NCBI GenBank assembly: GCA_965215125.1
Contig: OZ244052.1
Span: 1,888,001 to 1,952,000, forward strand
DNA from: an uncultured candidatus Porisulfidus sp.
GTDB taxonomy: Bacteria > Pseudomonadota > Gammaproteobacteria > Poriferisulfidales > Oxydemutatoraceae
Direction of reading: 5' to 3'
DNA: 64,000 nucleotides
Below the pieces are notes generated by a model, which searched no databases, was not told the DNA's origin, and was given only the letters and a program-made list of their open reading frames with translations. A program made the translations under genes and the position numbers. Shown here piece after piece: positions 28,701 to 43,700 of the stretch; the stretch's first letter is position 1, and each line of letters starts with the position of its first letter.

Positions 28701-31700
28701 TCGGTAGATATCGGTGGCTTGGTTGGTTCTGTAGGTGGCGGTGGACATACGATCAGTAATAGTTATGCGGCAGGTCTCGTTGCCCCCCAAATCACAATCA
28801 CTCAAGCGGGTACCGATGTGAGTGACTATTTAGAGATCGGCGGTTTAGTCGGTTCGGAAATAAGCGGCGATGCTTCGTTGGCAACCATAGCGAGCTATTG
28901 GGACTCCGATGCCGTGGGGCAGAGAGACTCGGCAGCCGGTATCGCACAACTACGCGTGCAGATGCAACAAGGTAGAGCGCAGTCCAGTGACATCGATAGG
29001 GTGTACTTTAGGTGGCGCGATGCCGACTGGGACTTCGGTTCGGTCAATCAATATCCGATACTCAAATACACCGCACACCCCGACACCGATCGCGACCCGA
29101 TCTGCGATGCGCCGGGAATGCCCAGATGCGGCGCGCTCATTGCGCCGCTGTTTCGCAACGGCTTGGAAAATTTAAGAATAGTCGGCACCGAATTATTCCC
29201 ACCGTTTGCAAGCGGGAGTACGGACTATACGGGTACCGTCGATCTATCCAGGGATTCGCCCGTTGTCAGCTTGGTTGCCACTGCCTTCGACGCCGATGCC
29301 CGTATCGATATTTACGAAGCCGACGGTGAAACATTGTTGGTGTCCGATCTCGCAAGCGGCGAACCCAGTAGCTTGTTTCCGTTCACCACGCAAAGTCGCC
29401 GTTTTGTGATAGAAGTCAGAGGTGTAGAAACGGTACGCCAATCCATCACACTCAATCGCCGCCTCTATAGCATTATCGACTCTTTGGAAGATCTTAACGC
29501 AATACGCAACTCATCCGAAAACTATCGTTTAGTCGGAGATTTAGACTTCGAGGACGATGCCAGCTACGAAAATCCTGATACAAACAAAGACACATGGACA
29601 GTGGATAATTTCGACGTCCCCGGCGATACCGGTTGGCAGCCGATCGCTTCCTTTAGCGGCACTTTAGACGGCAACGGCTATACGATATCCAACTTGCAAA
29701 TCAATAGAGATAATTCCGATAATGTGGGCTTATTTACTGAATTACTAGGAGAAAATGTCGTTGTAAGCAACCTCGGTTTGATAGATGTCGAGATAGAAGG
29801 TAGAGGAACGGTTGGCGCATTAGTGGGTCGGAATGGTGCCGGTGCGACGATAGAAAACTGTTTCGTCATTGGCAGCAGTGCCGGAAAGAGTAAAGTCACA
29901 GGAACGGATATAGTCGGTGGTATGGTTGGGCGCCATGACGAAAAATTTGCCAAAATCATCGATAGTTATGCCGATGTTTCCGTAAAAGGGCAAAATGAGG
30001 TAGGCGGGTTAGTCGGCCTCGTAGCAGCTGCCGGGATAGTCATCAATAGCTATGCCACCGGAAATGTCCAAGGGAGAGAAGATATAGGGGGTTTAGTCGG
30101 CACATTGAACCAAGCTTTTGGGTTCCCCCCGCTCTTTGCGCTCACAATGATTATCAATAGTCATGCCACCGGCGATGTTACCGGCCTGCAGAGTATCGGT
30201 GGTCTTGTCGGGGATTCAAATGACAGGATCATCAATAGTTATGCGACCGGCAATGTTGAAAGCACCTATAACGGCACCGACCCGGTATCCATAGGTGGAT
30301 TGGTGGGTAATAATCGGACCGGTGGCACAATAGTGAACAGCTATGCCACCGGCGATGTCGCAGTCACCAATACCGTATCTGCACGCGCCGCTACATCATC
30401 GATTTTACTCGGTAGTTTGGTTGGTGACCCTGGCAATGGTACTGTTAGGAATAGTTATGCAACGGGCAACATACCCGGAGTTATACGACAAAGAGTAAGC
30501 GGCAGAAACAATTACGACGGGTTTATCGGCGATAATGATAGTGGCCCGAGAGTCACCGCAAGCTACTGGGATAGTCGCATAGACAGCACTGACCAGCAGA
30601 TAAGAAGCCAAATCAGTCGGCGAAGAACGAGAGATTTACAGGATCCTACCGGTCCAAATTATAGTGAAGGTAATATAACGGTTTATACCAACTGGAGTAC
30701 CGACGATTGGGATTTCGGTAGCAACACGCAATACCCGATACTAAAATACGCCCAAAGCCCTGCCATAGGCGATACCGGGGGAAGTTGCGGCGATGACGGT
30801 CTGCCCTCGTGTGGCACCTTGATCTCGTCCGAACTACGCTACGGCTTGAGTGAAATTGTGCCACTCGACGGCGAGCTGCTCAGTCCGCCATTCAACGGTA
30901 GTCGTAGATACTATTACGGGACGGTCACCCTCGACCCGGACGGCAAAATCAGGCTGATAGTCAGATCGTCGGCTATCACTGCGGGCAACATCGCTATTTT
31001 CGCCGGTACTGAAGAAACACCGGTGGGTTCCGAGTTTTCGGTCGGCGATGTCAGCGACGAGATCACTCTGGTTGCCGGCATCAATCGCATCGTCGTGGAA
31101 GTCAGCTTGCTCGATTCGGCAACACTGCCGTTCAGATATCAACTCTATCTCGTATCGGAAGGGGCAACGGATGCCGTTGCTTCTCAAACGCCGATCAACT
31201 ATTTGGAAGACCTCAACTTAATATCCAACGCATCACGCGACGGCAAACGCGACAACTACATATTGAACAGAAATCTGGATTTTGAAGATCCCGACAGTTA
31301 TCGCAACGCTGCTATGAACATGCGTCGTTGGGTTGTGCGAGACTTCCGTAGTACGACCGATACCGGCTGGACACCTATACCTCTAGGAACCAGAGACAAC
31401 CCTCTTGATCAGTTTATCCTTGACGGCAACGGCTACACGATATCCAACTTGCAGATCAATAGAGATAATGATGTTAATATAGCTCTATTTTCTAGAATTT
31501 TTTCTGTCGACGAAGACGTTTTCGGCGAAAACGTTTTCCATGTAATACGCAACCTCGGCTTGATAAATGTCACCGTAGAAGGCAGTCTGAATGTTGCTGG
31601 TATTGTCGCCAATATGGCTGGAACTAGAGTGTACAACAGTTATGTCACCGGTTCGGTTACGGGAATCCATCGAGTCGGTGGTTTGGTCGGTATCAGTCAA

Positions 31701-34700
31701 GGGATAATCGGTAACAGCTATGTAAAAGGCACGATTATCGGTAGGGATGGTGGTATTTTTGACCATTACATCGGAGGTCTAATCGGTGAGCAATTGGGTA
31801 ATTTTTTAATTTTCAATAGTTATGCCGATGTTAGCCTCACCAGCACACACCAGAGAGGATCCGGAGGACGCGGCAACCGACAAATCGGTGGTCTGGTCGG
31901 ACGTAATATCTTTAGCGATATTCACAACAGCTACTCGGCAGGTAGTGTAGAAGCTCTCGGTCGCATCGGGGGCACTGTCGGTGGATTAGTAGGCTACGGC
32001 TTCAACACAGAAAATCTCTATAACTACACTAGGGCCGAAGTCAAAGCAACCGCAAACAACATCACTGCCGGCGGTTTGGTCGGACAGTTAGCTGGTACAT
32101 CGGTAGATACCGCAAACTACTGGGATGCCGACACCTCGCCGTCGGTCACCGCCTCCGCTGCCGGTACCAGCTTAACGACATCACAGCTAATTACTCCGAT
32201 AGCACCGAATGCAAAAAACCCTGCCCGATATACCGACTGGAGTACCGATAACTGGGATTTCGGCACCCCCGAACAATACCCGATACTCAAACACGCACCG
32301 GGTCCCGATGACGACGGCGACGGCAAAGGCGATGCCTGCGGCACCGAATTTACCCCCGATTGCGACGCATTGTTATTACCCGAACCACGCTACGGTTTCA
32401 TAGAACTTTCGCTGGGCGGCGACGACTTTTTGGATCCGCCTTTGGACCCCGAAAATCGCTATTATAACGGCACCGTCGTGGATGCCGACGGCGACAATGT
32501 CATCCGGCTGGTACAGACCACGAAGAATCCCGATAGCACGGTCAGGGTCTATATCGGAGATTCCGAAACACCGCTGGGCGCGGAATTTCGAAGTGGTCAG
32601 GAATCCGAAGCCATTCCCTTGGTTCTCGGAAGAAACCTCATTAATGTAGAAATCGACCCCAAGCCCGGTATTGCGCCTTTTAGATATACGCTCGATCTCC
32701 TCTTTGAACGACCGACGATAGAGATTAATTATTTGGAAGACCTTGTGGCAATAAACGATGCCCCGAATTTCAACTACAGACTCGCCAGAAATTTGGATTT
32801 TGAGGACAATACCAGCTATCGCGATTTGAGCAATAGAGACAGATGGATTACAAATTTCGGTAGCATGGGAGGTTGGTCGCCGATCGAGAATTTTAACGGT
32901 ACCTTCGACGGCAACGGCTATACGATATCCAATCTACAGATAGTCGGCCCTCGTAGCGGCAGCCCGGAGAATATAGGTTTGTTTGCGACGATTGCTGCCG
33001 GCGGCATCGTGCGTAATTTGGGGTTGTTGAACCTTAGAATAGATATCCCAATCAGACTAGACGCTAACGGCGGTGGGATAGCGGCAATCAATCGCGGCAC
33101 CGTGATCAACAGCTATGCGGTTGGCACTATCGAGGGAGCGAATAGCGGTATTTTGGTCGGTCGTGGCGAGCGTGGTAGTCATATTATTAACAGCTATGCG
33201 GTCGGCACTTTATACGAAAGTGAGCGATTAATGCGATTCAACGGCGGGTTGGCAGGTACTTGTCGAGATTCTACGATTGTCAACAGTCATGCACATGTAG
33301 AAATAGCTAATAGAGTTATTACTCAAGCGGCTCGCGATGTCGGTGGCTTGGTCGGCAGCAGTTGGAATTGTAATATACACAACAGCTTTGCGGTCGGTCG
33401 GTCGGATAAAGTCAATAATCAAGACGATCGGAGTTTCGGAGGATTGATTGGGGTCGTGGAGCGGGGCGGTACGGTTCAAAATAACTATGCTTATGTTGAT
33501 ATGGCCGAAAACTTAAATGCCGGTGGATTATTGGGGGATGTTCTCAATTCAGATATGAATACCGATATCGATATTTTTAATAATTACGTAATCGGCACTG
33601 CGGCATCCGGTTTTTTGCGTCAATATACTGAATCCGGACCGGGCGAACTTAGGAGCGGTGCTAATTATTGGAATATAGACACCAGTCGGACAGTGCTTAC
33701 AGACTCAAATGTCAACGCAAGCGGTCAAACCACCGAGGCACTGCAACTACCGACCTCGGCGGACGGCATCTATGGACAATGGGACGAAGAGAATTGGGAT
33801 TTCGGTACATCCGAGCAATATCCGATCCTCAAATACGCCGCACACCCCGACCCCGATGCCGATGTGCAGACATGCCGTCGTGCCGACGACGATTCGACAC
33901 GGCTACCGGTTTGCGGAGACTTGATCGCACCGCAACTCCGCTACGGCTTAAAAAATCTGGACATAGCCGACGGCACATTGACCCCGGCGTTCACCGAAGA
34001 AAACGGCGAACACTACGGCAGTTACTTGGGTACCGCTTTTGCCGATCCCGACGCAATCCGATTGATCCCGACCGCATTCGACGACCGTGCCGAGATTAGA
34101 ATCTATCAAGTCGACGGCAGAGGCGAACGGCAGTTGGGCGGTGCCTTCGCTAGCGGTGGCATCAGCGAGCCGATTACACTGAACCAAAGGTCTTTCTCAA
34201 GATACGCAAGTGCCATAAACTACTTGATCGTCGAGATAGACCCCGAAGACCCCGCCGCGCCGACCGTCAGATACCCGGTTTATCTGATGGCAGTAACACC
34301 GATCAGGTATTTGGAAGATCTTCACGCATTAGATCAACCGGGTAACCAGTTTAGAAATAGTGTGTTAGTCCGCGACTTGGATTTTGAAGATCCCGACAGC
34401 TATCGCTCGGGTGAAGTGAATAGAGTCTGGACAGTAGTGGACTTTAGTCAACCGAGTATGGGTTGGCGGCCTATCAGACGTAATCTACGAGGTATTTTTG
34501 ACGGCAACGGCCATACCCTATCCAACTTGAGAAGCAGCGGTTTTAACAGTCAAGCAGGCCTTTGGAATGTTGTTGATCCTTCCGGCATTGTACGCAATTT
34601 GGGTTTGCTCAATGTAAAAATTGCTAATAACACGATTAGTAATGGCGGTGCGTTGGCACTACAGAACGCAGGCACGATTATCGGAAGCTACGCAGTGGTT

Positions 34701-37700
34701 GATATCAGTACTTCCAGAAATCAAGTACCTACTATCGGCGGTTTGGTCGGCGATAATCGAGGCCGGATTTTTAATAGCTATGCGGTAGGTAACATTACCG
34801 TAGTAGATGGTCCAGAAGGAACACCTAACATTAGCATTGAAAATATCGCCAGTATCGGTGGTTTGGTCGGCTTCAGTTCAAATGATGCTTTTGGCATCTT
34901 GAATGCTCCGGAAAAAAGAGGTCTGATCGTCAACAGCTATGCCGATGTTTCGCTATCCACGACCGACTTCAGAGCCGGCGGCTTGGTCGGTCTATGCGAC
35001 GCGTGTGACATTCGCAATAGTTTTGCGCGCGGTGCGGTCGTAGGGAGAGGGCCTAGAGTAGCTTCGATCGGAGGATTCGTCGGTCGTTTGCAAGGCGGAT
35101 TTAGCCTGAGCAACAACTATGCGAGTGGTAGTGTCGGTAGAACCAATGTTGCGCGCGGTGTCGGTGACGGCGGATTTTTCGGTAGTCTACTTACCGCCGG
35201 CAGTCTCAATGCCAATTACTCCGTCGGGATGACCGACCATGGGTTTGGCGGTGGCCGCTTATCCGAGACCGCGCTCGGCGATGTTCCGAATTATTGGAAC
35301 ACCGACACCGCCACGACGAGCGGTACGAATGTCTCCATCAATGCAAGCGGCAAAACAACCGAGATGCTCCGAATGCCGACTACCGCAAGCGGTATCTACC
35401 GGCAATGGAGCGAAGACAACTGGGATTTCGGCACCGATACCGAATATCCGGTACTCAAACATACCTTGTTTTCAAGCCGAGATTACGGTCGTAGTCAAAG
35501 CTGCCGCGACACCGTCGACGATCTAAGACCATTACCCGTTTGTGGCAGTTTGATCGGACCGACATCCCGCAGTATACTCAAAAATCTGACCTTAGCCGAC
35601 GGTCGTGAATTGTTGCCGGCGTTCACCAACAACGGCAGTTATTCCGGCGAGGTCGTCGAAGACTCCGACATCATCCGATTGATCCCGACCGCATTCGATA
35701 GGCAAGCCGAGATCAGAATCTATGTGATCGACGGCAACGGCGAACGTCAGGTGGGTGCGACATTCGGTAGTGGCGGCACCAGCGCACCGATCACATTGGA
35801 TGCGAGTGTTATCAACCGTCTCATCGTCGAAATAATCTCCACCGACCCCACCGTGCCGACCATTCGCTATCCGCTGTATCTAAGTTATCGGGTCGGACCG
35901 ACCAAGATAGACTCGCTCGAAGCCTTGAACGCAATACGCAACCGTCCGGACGGCGATTATATATTAACCCGCAATCTGGACTTCAACGATGACGACAGTT
36001 ATGAAGATTTGAGCAACAAAGACGCCTGGACGGTAAGCGATTATCAATCTCCCGTCGATTTAGGCTGGTTGCCTATCGGTGCAATAAGGACCTTCACCGG
36101 TACTTTTAACGGTGCCGGTCATACGATTTCCAACTTGCAAATCAATAATAGCGACGGTCGCATAGACAAAGGGCTATTCGGCACTATCGGCGCGTCTGCA
36201 GTGGTGCGCAATATCGGTTTGCTCGATGTCAATATTGTAGATAACAGCGATGCGAATACCGCTGCGTTGGTCGGTGCGAATAACGGTCGGGTTGTCTCCG
36301 CTTATGCACAAGGCACCATTGTCGGCGGTAGTCGTTCGGGCGGTTTGGTCGGCTGGAGCGGTGGTGAAATCGTCAATAGCCATACGGTCGTTAGCGTGCA
36401 GGGGCAAGGCGAGGAAATCGGTGGCTTGGTCGGTTACAACGAAGGCAATATAGGCAACAGTTCGGCTGCCGGTGATGTGGCGGGCACTACCAATATCGGT
36501 GGCTTGGTCGGGCATCATCGCAACGGATCCATCTACCACAGCTATGTCAATAGCCGCGTCTCCGGCGACAACGGTGTCGGTGGTTTGCTGGGTTTCGCTT
36601 CGGCCGGCAACATCAGCGATGTTTATACGACCGGTCGGATCGATGCGCAACGCAACGCCGGTGGTTTAATCGGTAGCACCACTGCGACCGTATCACAAAG
36701 GAGCTATAGCATCGCCGAAATCTCTGCCATGTTAAGAGATGACAGTAGCTTCGGTAGCTTGGTCGGTCGCTTCGAGGGGGGTGCCGAACTGCGCGATAGC
36801 TATTTCAACTCCGACAGAGCATCGTTCCCGATCGTAGGACAACGTGCCGACGACACACAAATCACGAATGCTTCCGCGCTGACCACCGTAGACCTACAAC
36901 TCGAACCCTCGAATATGAGTACATTCAATAACATTTATGGAGCTTGGAGACAAGATTGGGATTTCGGTACCAGCGTACAATATCCGATTCTGGTAGTGTC
37001 ACCGAACCCCGATCGTAACGGTGCTAAAACATGCGGCACTTTCGACACGCCGCTGTGTAGAACTTCATTGAGAGGCAACCCGGCTTTGAGTGCGTTGCGT
37101 TTCTTGTCGGGTCAACAGAGCCCGGATGTGGACCTCCGTTATCGCGACCATATCGGTACGATAGTCAACAATGTTGCCGAGACACAACTGCTTGCGGTTG
37201 CCACCGATCCGGATGCGCAAATCACCTTCTACCTCAACGACAGACAGCACGGTGAACGCACGGTGAGCGGTACCGCCGGTGCGAGTAGTGCGGCGATGAC
37301 ACTCGGCGAAGACGGCTTAAACCGCATTGCCGTCGAAGTCATAACACCTGCGGTTGAAAATGATCCCGGCGGTGTAGACCGATACAATTTATCGGTTCGT
37401 TTCCGGCAAATTAACTCCGATAGAAACGGTAATCCGTTTATCGAAATAGCCACTTTGGAAGACTTGGATGCAATACGCGACAATACGAGTCGCAGTTATA
37501 TCTTGACCGCAGATCTGGATTTCAACGACGATAACAGTTATGGAGATTTGAGAAATCGTGCCAAAAACAAAGCTGCATGGACGGTAGATAACTTTGCTGC
37601 CTCCGATGATGAAGGTTGGCAACCGATAGATAATTTCAGCGGCGAGTTTGACGGCAACGGCTATACGATATTCAATCTGCAAATCAACCGCGACACCAAG

Positions 37701-40700
37701 GACGATCAAGGACTGTTTGCGGTCATCGCCGACGAAGGCGTCGTGCGCAATATCAGCCTATTCGGTGCGATGATAGAAGCTCGCAACAATGTCGGTGTAT
37801 TGGCGGGACGCAATAACGGCACCGTCATCGCCGTCGATGCCTACGCTCGGATTGACGCGAATAACACCGTCGGCGGTTTGATCGGCAATAGCCGCGGTTG
37901 GGTTATCGGGAGCAACGCCGTTGTCGTTATCTCGGCAGTCGACAGCGTCGGTGGTTTGGTCGGCAGTTCCGGGGCGACAATCATCAACAGTTATGCAAGC
38001 GGTGCGGTTATAGCCGCCGGCAATCGTAGCGGTGGTTTGGTCGGCGAAAATTCTATGCCGTCGGGTAGAATTATCAATAGCTATGCCGAGACCGAAGTCA
38101 CCGGAAACAGCGAAGTAGGCGGTTTGGTAGGGCACAGCACGGCGACGAGTGTCATCACCGATAGTTATGCGGCGGGTTCGGTTCGTGCCGTTGCCGAGGT
38201 GGATAGCGGGGGGCCTTACGCCGGAGGGTTGGTCGGTCGTCTGCGCGGCGCATCGACCGTCAAAAATAGTTATGCGATTGCCGCCGTCGAACCCGACACA
38301 CGGCAGAATTTCGTCGGTGGTTTGATCGGCAATAACGGCAACCGAAACGAGGCAATCACGGCAAGTTATTGGGATCGTGACACCACAGGTCAAACCGGCT
38401 CCGCAGGTGGTGCCGGTTCCACTCCGATAATCTTACAGTCCGCTACCTCGCATACAAACAGCGGTCAACAAAACCGACCTTACTACTTGTGGAGTGAACG
38501 CAACTGGAATTTCGGCACTGCCGAGCAATATCCGACACTCAAATACGCACCGAATCCGGACCGCGAAGGTCCCCCGACCTGTGGCAGTGCCGGGTTACCC
38601 GAATGTGGTAGCCCCTTAACACCGCAACTTCGCAACAGCTTGGAAGACCTAAAATTGGCATCTACGAGCCGGCTGGTTCCACCCTTTGACGCAAATACCG
38701 GCAGACACCGCAACAGTTACTTCGGTTCGGCAACCGCCAATCCGATTCGTTTAATCCCGACGGCAAGCCAAGACGATGCCGTCATCAATATCTACGCAGC
38801 CGACGGTAGCACATTACTGGAATCGGCACTCGCCAGCGGTGGTACCAGTGGGGTTATCTTCTTGAGCGACGACATCAACCGCATCGTGCTGGAGATCGTC
38901 GCTGCGACGACTGCGACGGTGCGATACCCGGTCTATATTCGCCGCATCGATGATGTGGACGGCGACGGCTTCATCGATATCGACAATCTAGAAGAACTTC
39001 GGGCAATCACCGAAATAAATAATAGACTCAAAAACTATGAATTGGTTCGCAGCTTAGATTTCAACGACCCGGACAGCTACGGCTCGGGTGAAGTGAACCG
39101 CGAGTGGACGGTAGAAGACTTTAACAACCGCGGAGACCTCGGTTGGCAACCTACAAGTTTTGCCGGAGAATTCAACGGCAATGGTTACACGATCTCGGGC
39201 CTACAAATCAATAGAGTAGCGAGCGATAATGTCGGGTTGTTTAGTCGACTTGACACCTCGGGGACGATTCGCAATCTCGGTTTGCTCAATCTAAGGATAA
39301 AAGCCGGCAACAACACCGGTGGATTGCTCGGTGCGAATTCCGGTACGGTCATCAACTGCTTCGTCATCGGCGAAATCGAAGGAAATATCCGTGTTGGTGG
39401 CTTGATAGGTATTAGTCGGATTCTGGATAAGATGCGCGGGGGTGTTATCAACAGCTATGCTGAAGCTATGGTTTCCGGAGTATCCAATGTAGGCGGTTTG
39501 GTAGGGGAGAACCCAGGCCACAAGATCTATAACAGCTACGCCGGCGGTAGAGTTGTCGGCGATAGGACTATAGGTGGTTTGGTCGGCTCTATGGTACCCC
39601 CTTTCACCGGTCAAGAGGTGAACGATGCCGATGCCGTCGTCAATAGTTACGCAACCGCTCGTGTCATGGCACGGCGGGACGCTGTCGGTGGCTTGATAGG
39701 TGTAATCTTTCGTGGAAACGATTCACTTTACAACAACACCTACACAACCGGTCAAGTTGACGGAAATGACAGTGCCGGTGGCTTGATAGGTGTGATAAAT
39801 CTAGGAGCTGCCTCACTTGACAACAGCTACATAACCGGTCGAGTTGACGGAAATAGCAATGTCGGTGGCTTGGTGGGTCGCACTAACGGAACAATCGCAC
39901 GGATTCAAAATAGCTATGTGAACAGCGACGAGAATCCGGGGATTTCTCTAGGGTCGGGATCCTTCCTGAACTCTTCCACTCAAACCTCCGCCCGACTACG
40001 ACAAGGTACAGCGCAATCAAGTGCCCCGACCGATGTTTATTACCGATGGAGTACCGATGACTGGGATTTCGGCAACGCTTTGCAATATCCGATACTCAAA
40101 TATGCCCAGACCACCGGTACCGGGTTCGTTCAAGCCTGCGGCAACGGAAGCGACGACCTACCCGAGTGTGGCACACCGATATCGCCGCAAATTCACGATG
40201 GCTTGCAGAATCTAAGTGTAGCCGACGGTGCGGAGTTGGATCCACCTTTCGGTGATGCGCATCGTGATTTAAGCGGCAGTTATTTCGGCGATCTAAGCCA
40301 CGATGCAAGCACCCTTCGCATCATACCGACGGCAAAGGTACGCAACGCAACGATTAACATCTATGTCGGCGATGTCGGCGGAAAACAAACGCCCGACCAG
40401 CAAATCGCCAGCGGCACGACTTCGACACCGATTACCTTGGTCAACGGTATCAATCGCATCGTTCTAGAGATTGTGGCAACCGGGCGCGCTACCGTGCGCT
40501 ACCCCGTTTATCTTAGATTCGATACCCAAGATAGAAACAGAGACGGTATTATCGAGATTGCTAATTTGAACGAACTCTACAATATACGCCACAACTTGTC
40601 CGGCAATTATCGTTTAGTCCGCAATTTGGATTTTGACGACCCGAACAGTTATGCGCCCGGTAGATATCCACCCGGCGAAATTAACCGCGAATGGACGGTA

Positions 40701-43700
40701 CTAAACTTTAGCGACCCTGCCGATCGCGGTTGGCTACCGATCGGCACGCGCACAAGTTCTTTCAGAGGCGAGTTTGATGCCGACGGTTTCACCATTGCCA
40801 ATTTACGAATCAACGATACTCGAGGCAACGAAAGCGGATTATTCGGAAATATCGGTGGACGCGGTGTGGTACGCAACCTCGGTTTGCTAAATGTCAAGAT
40901 ACAAGGACGCGGTGATGTCGGTGGTCTGAGTGTCGTCAACCGCGGCAGAATTATCGGCACTTATGTGATCGGCGAGCTATCGGGCGGCTATCGAAGAAAT
41001 ATCGGTGGTTTGGTCGGTGAGAATGCCGGGGGTGAAATCGTCAATAGCTATGCGCAGGTCACCCTAACGGCTTATAGAAGCGAAGCCAACAGCATCGGTG
41101 GCTTGGTCGGTGTGGTGTCGTCGGGCGGTGCGATCGTCAACAGCCATGCCGGCGGCATCTTGGAGCACAGAGGATTGCATAGTGGTGGTTTGCTCGGTAG
41201 TACCGGCTGGGGTGATAACCCCATGCCGATCAACATCGTCAATAGCTATGCCGAAGGTCGGGTCGCCGGGGTCAACCATGTCGGTGGCTTGGTGGGCAAC
41301 CTCGCAGTCGACGGAGATGCGGTGAGCAACAGCTATGCCAGAGGTGAAGTTTCGGAGTTCGCAGCAACCGGCAATGCGAATCAATATGTAGGCGGCTTGG
41401 TCGGTCTCGTCAATAAAGGATCGATCACCGACAGTTATGCTGCCAACAACATAATAGAATCAAGTGCGGTACAAAGGGAGAATATACAAATCGGAAGTTT
41501 GGTCGGCTCGCTCCTCGACGATGAGTCTCCCATATCTGCGAGCTATGCCGATATCACTCGGAGTCGCTACAACTTCATAGGAACTACCTCTACCCTTAAT
41601 TCTTTCAATAGGACTACCGCACAGCTACAAACTCCTACAGGGCGGGGTGAATCGCCCGGCGATACCTATCATCAATGGAGTGAAACCGACTGGAATTTCG
41701 GCGATAGTACCAGCTATCCGATACTCGAATATGCCGCTGCAACCGATGTATTAGGCGGAAGGAATGCCGCGTGTCGCAGTCGCACTATGAACGAGGCAAC
41801 CCGATTACCGGTTTGCGGTGAGTTGATATCGCCGCCGTTTGAAAATAGTTTGAGTAGTCTAAATTTGGGCCCGGGTGCATCACTCAATCCACCTTTCGGC
41901 GATGCGAATCGCCAGTTATTCGGCTATTATTCGGGTGCGGTCAGGTTTGACCTTAATTCCACCCAAACCGATGTTAGTCTATTCCCGGTGGCAAGAAAGC
42001 GCAATTCCACGATTGATATCTATGTCAACGGTGTTCGCAGCCAGCAAGGGCTTGCCACTAACAGGCTCAGCCGGCCGATTGAATTAACAGAGGGAATTAC
42101 TTTCATTGTTTTGGTGATCACATCGCCCGGCTTGGAACCGGTGCGATACCCGGTCTACCTCAGCTACGACCCTAGGGATAGAAACGGCAACGGTTTTATC
42201 GAGATCAACAATTTGGAACAACTCTATGACATACGCGCCGATATCGATACCCTAACCGCTGATTACGAATTAACCCGAGATTTGGACTTCAACGACCCGA
42301 ACAGCTATGCGTCGGGTATCGTCAATCGCGACTGGACGGTAGAAAGATTTGACAGCCCCACCGACTTCGGCTGGGAAGCGATAGGAGGTATCGTCGACGA
42401 CGACTGCGACGATTTTGACAGTAGGTGCTTCGGAGGCACTTTCAACGGCAACGGCCATACGATATCCAACCTATCTATTAATGGAGATGCCGATTATCAG
42501 GGCTTGTTCGTCGGTATTGCCGGGACCGGCAATGTTCGTGCGCTCGGCTTGGCAAACCTAAAGATACAAGCCGGAGACACGGTCGGAGGTTTGGCCGGTC
42601 GCAACGAAGGCACCGTCATCGATAGTTTTGCAATCGGCGAGCTTTCGGCAAACGACAGGGTCGGGGGTTTAGTCGGCATCAACGAAGGCACCGTCATGGA
42701 CAGTTATGCGATCGGCGAACTCTCGGCAAACGACAGCACCGGTGGTTTAGTCGGCATTGGCGAAGGCACCATCATCGGCAGTTATGCGATCACCGAGCTT
42801 TCGGCAAACAACGATGTCGGTGGGCTCGTCGGCGAGAGCATCGGCAAAATACTCAATAGTTATGCCGGGGGTGTGATAACCGGCAATACCGGCGTAGGCG
42901 GCTTGGTCGGCACAGCTACCGATATGTCCGGCAGCGGAATGATCGTCAACAGCCACGCCGGCGGCATCATCCATGCTTTCGGAGATTATGTCGGTGGGCT
43001 CGTCGGTAGAATAGGTTTCGGTCCGGGAAACGAGGATTTCAGAATAATCAATAGCTATGCAAACAGCCTGATTTCGTCGGACGGACAGTATGTCGGCGGT
43101 TTGGTGAGCGATTCGGCATCGGGCAAGTTCACGATTAGCAACAGCTACGCCGGCGGTCGCGTTACCGAGAGTGCCTTCGGCAATGTGACATCTATAGGGG
43201 GTCTGGCTGCGGTTACGCTGCCCGACGACTCCATCACCGATAGCTACGCCGTCACCGAGATCTACCCGCAAAGTGCGGCTGTAAGCAAAGGCAGTTTAGT
43301 CGGCAATCATTCGGGTAGGCTCGCTTCGGTTTATTCCGATGCCGCTAGAAATCCCTATATCGGCATCACCGGGAGAGGTGGCGGTCAAATCGAGGCTTCT
43401 TCCATACGGACCACCGCCGAGATGCAATCTGCCACGGGACCGTCGACGACGCAAACCGGGGTTTATTACAACTGGGATGCAAATGCTTGGGATTTCGGTA
43501 GCCGCAACGAATACCCGATACCTAGATATGTCTCGGGTCCCGATGCCGACGCTTGCGGTACCGACGATACGCCGAGCTGCGGCACTCCGATCTCCCCGCA
43601 AACTCGCTATCGCACACGCGGCCGCGGTCTGCGTGCCTTGAATGTCGAAGAAGGTGCATTGTATCCGCGCTTCGATATAGACGAACAGAATCGGGTCGGT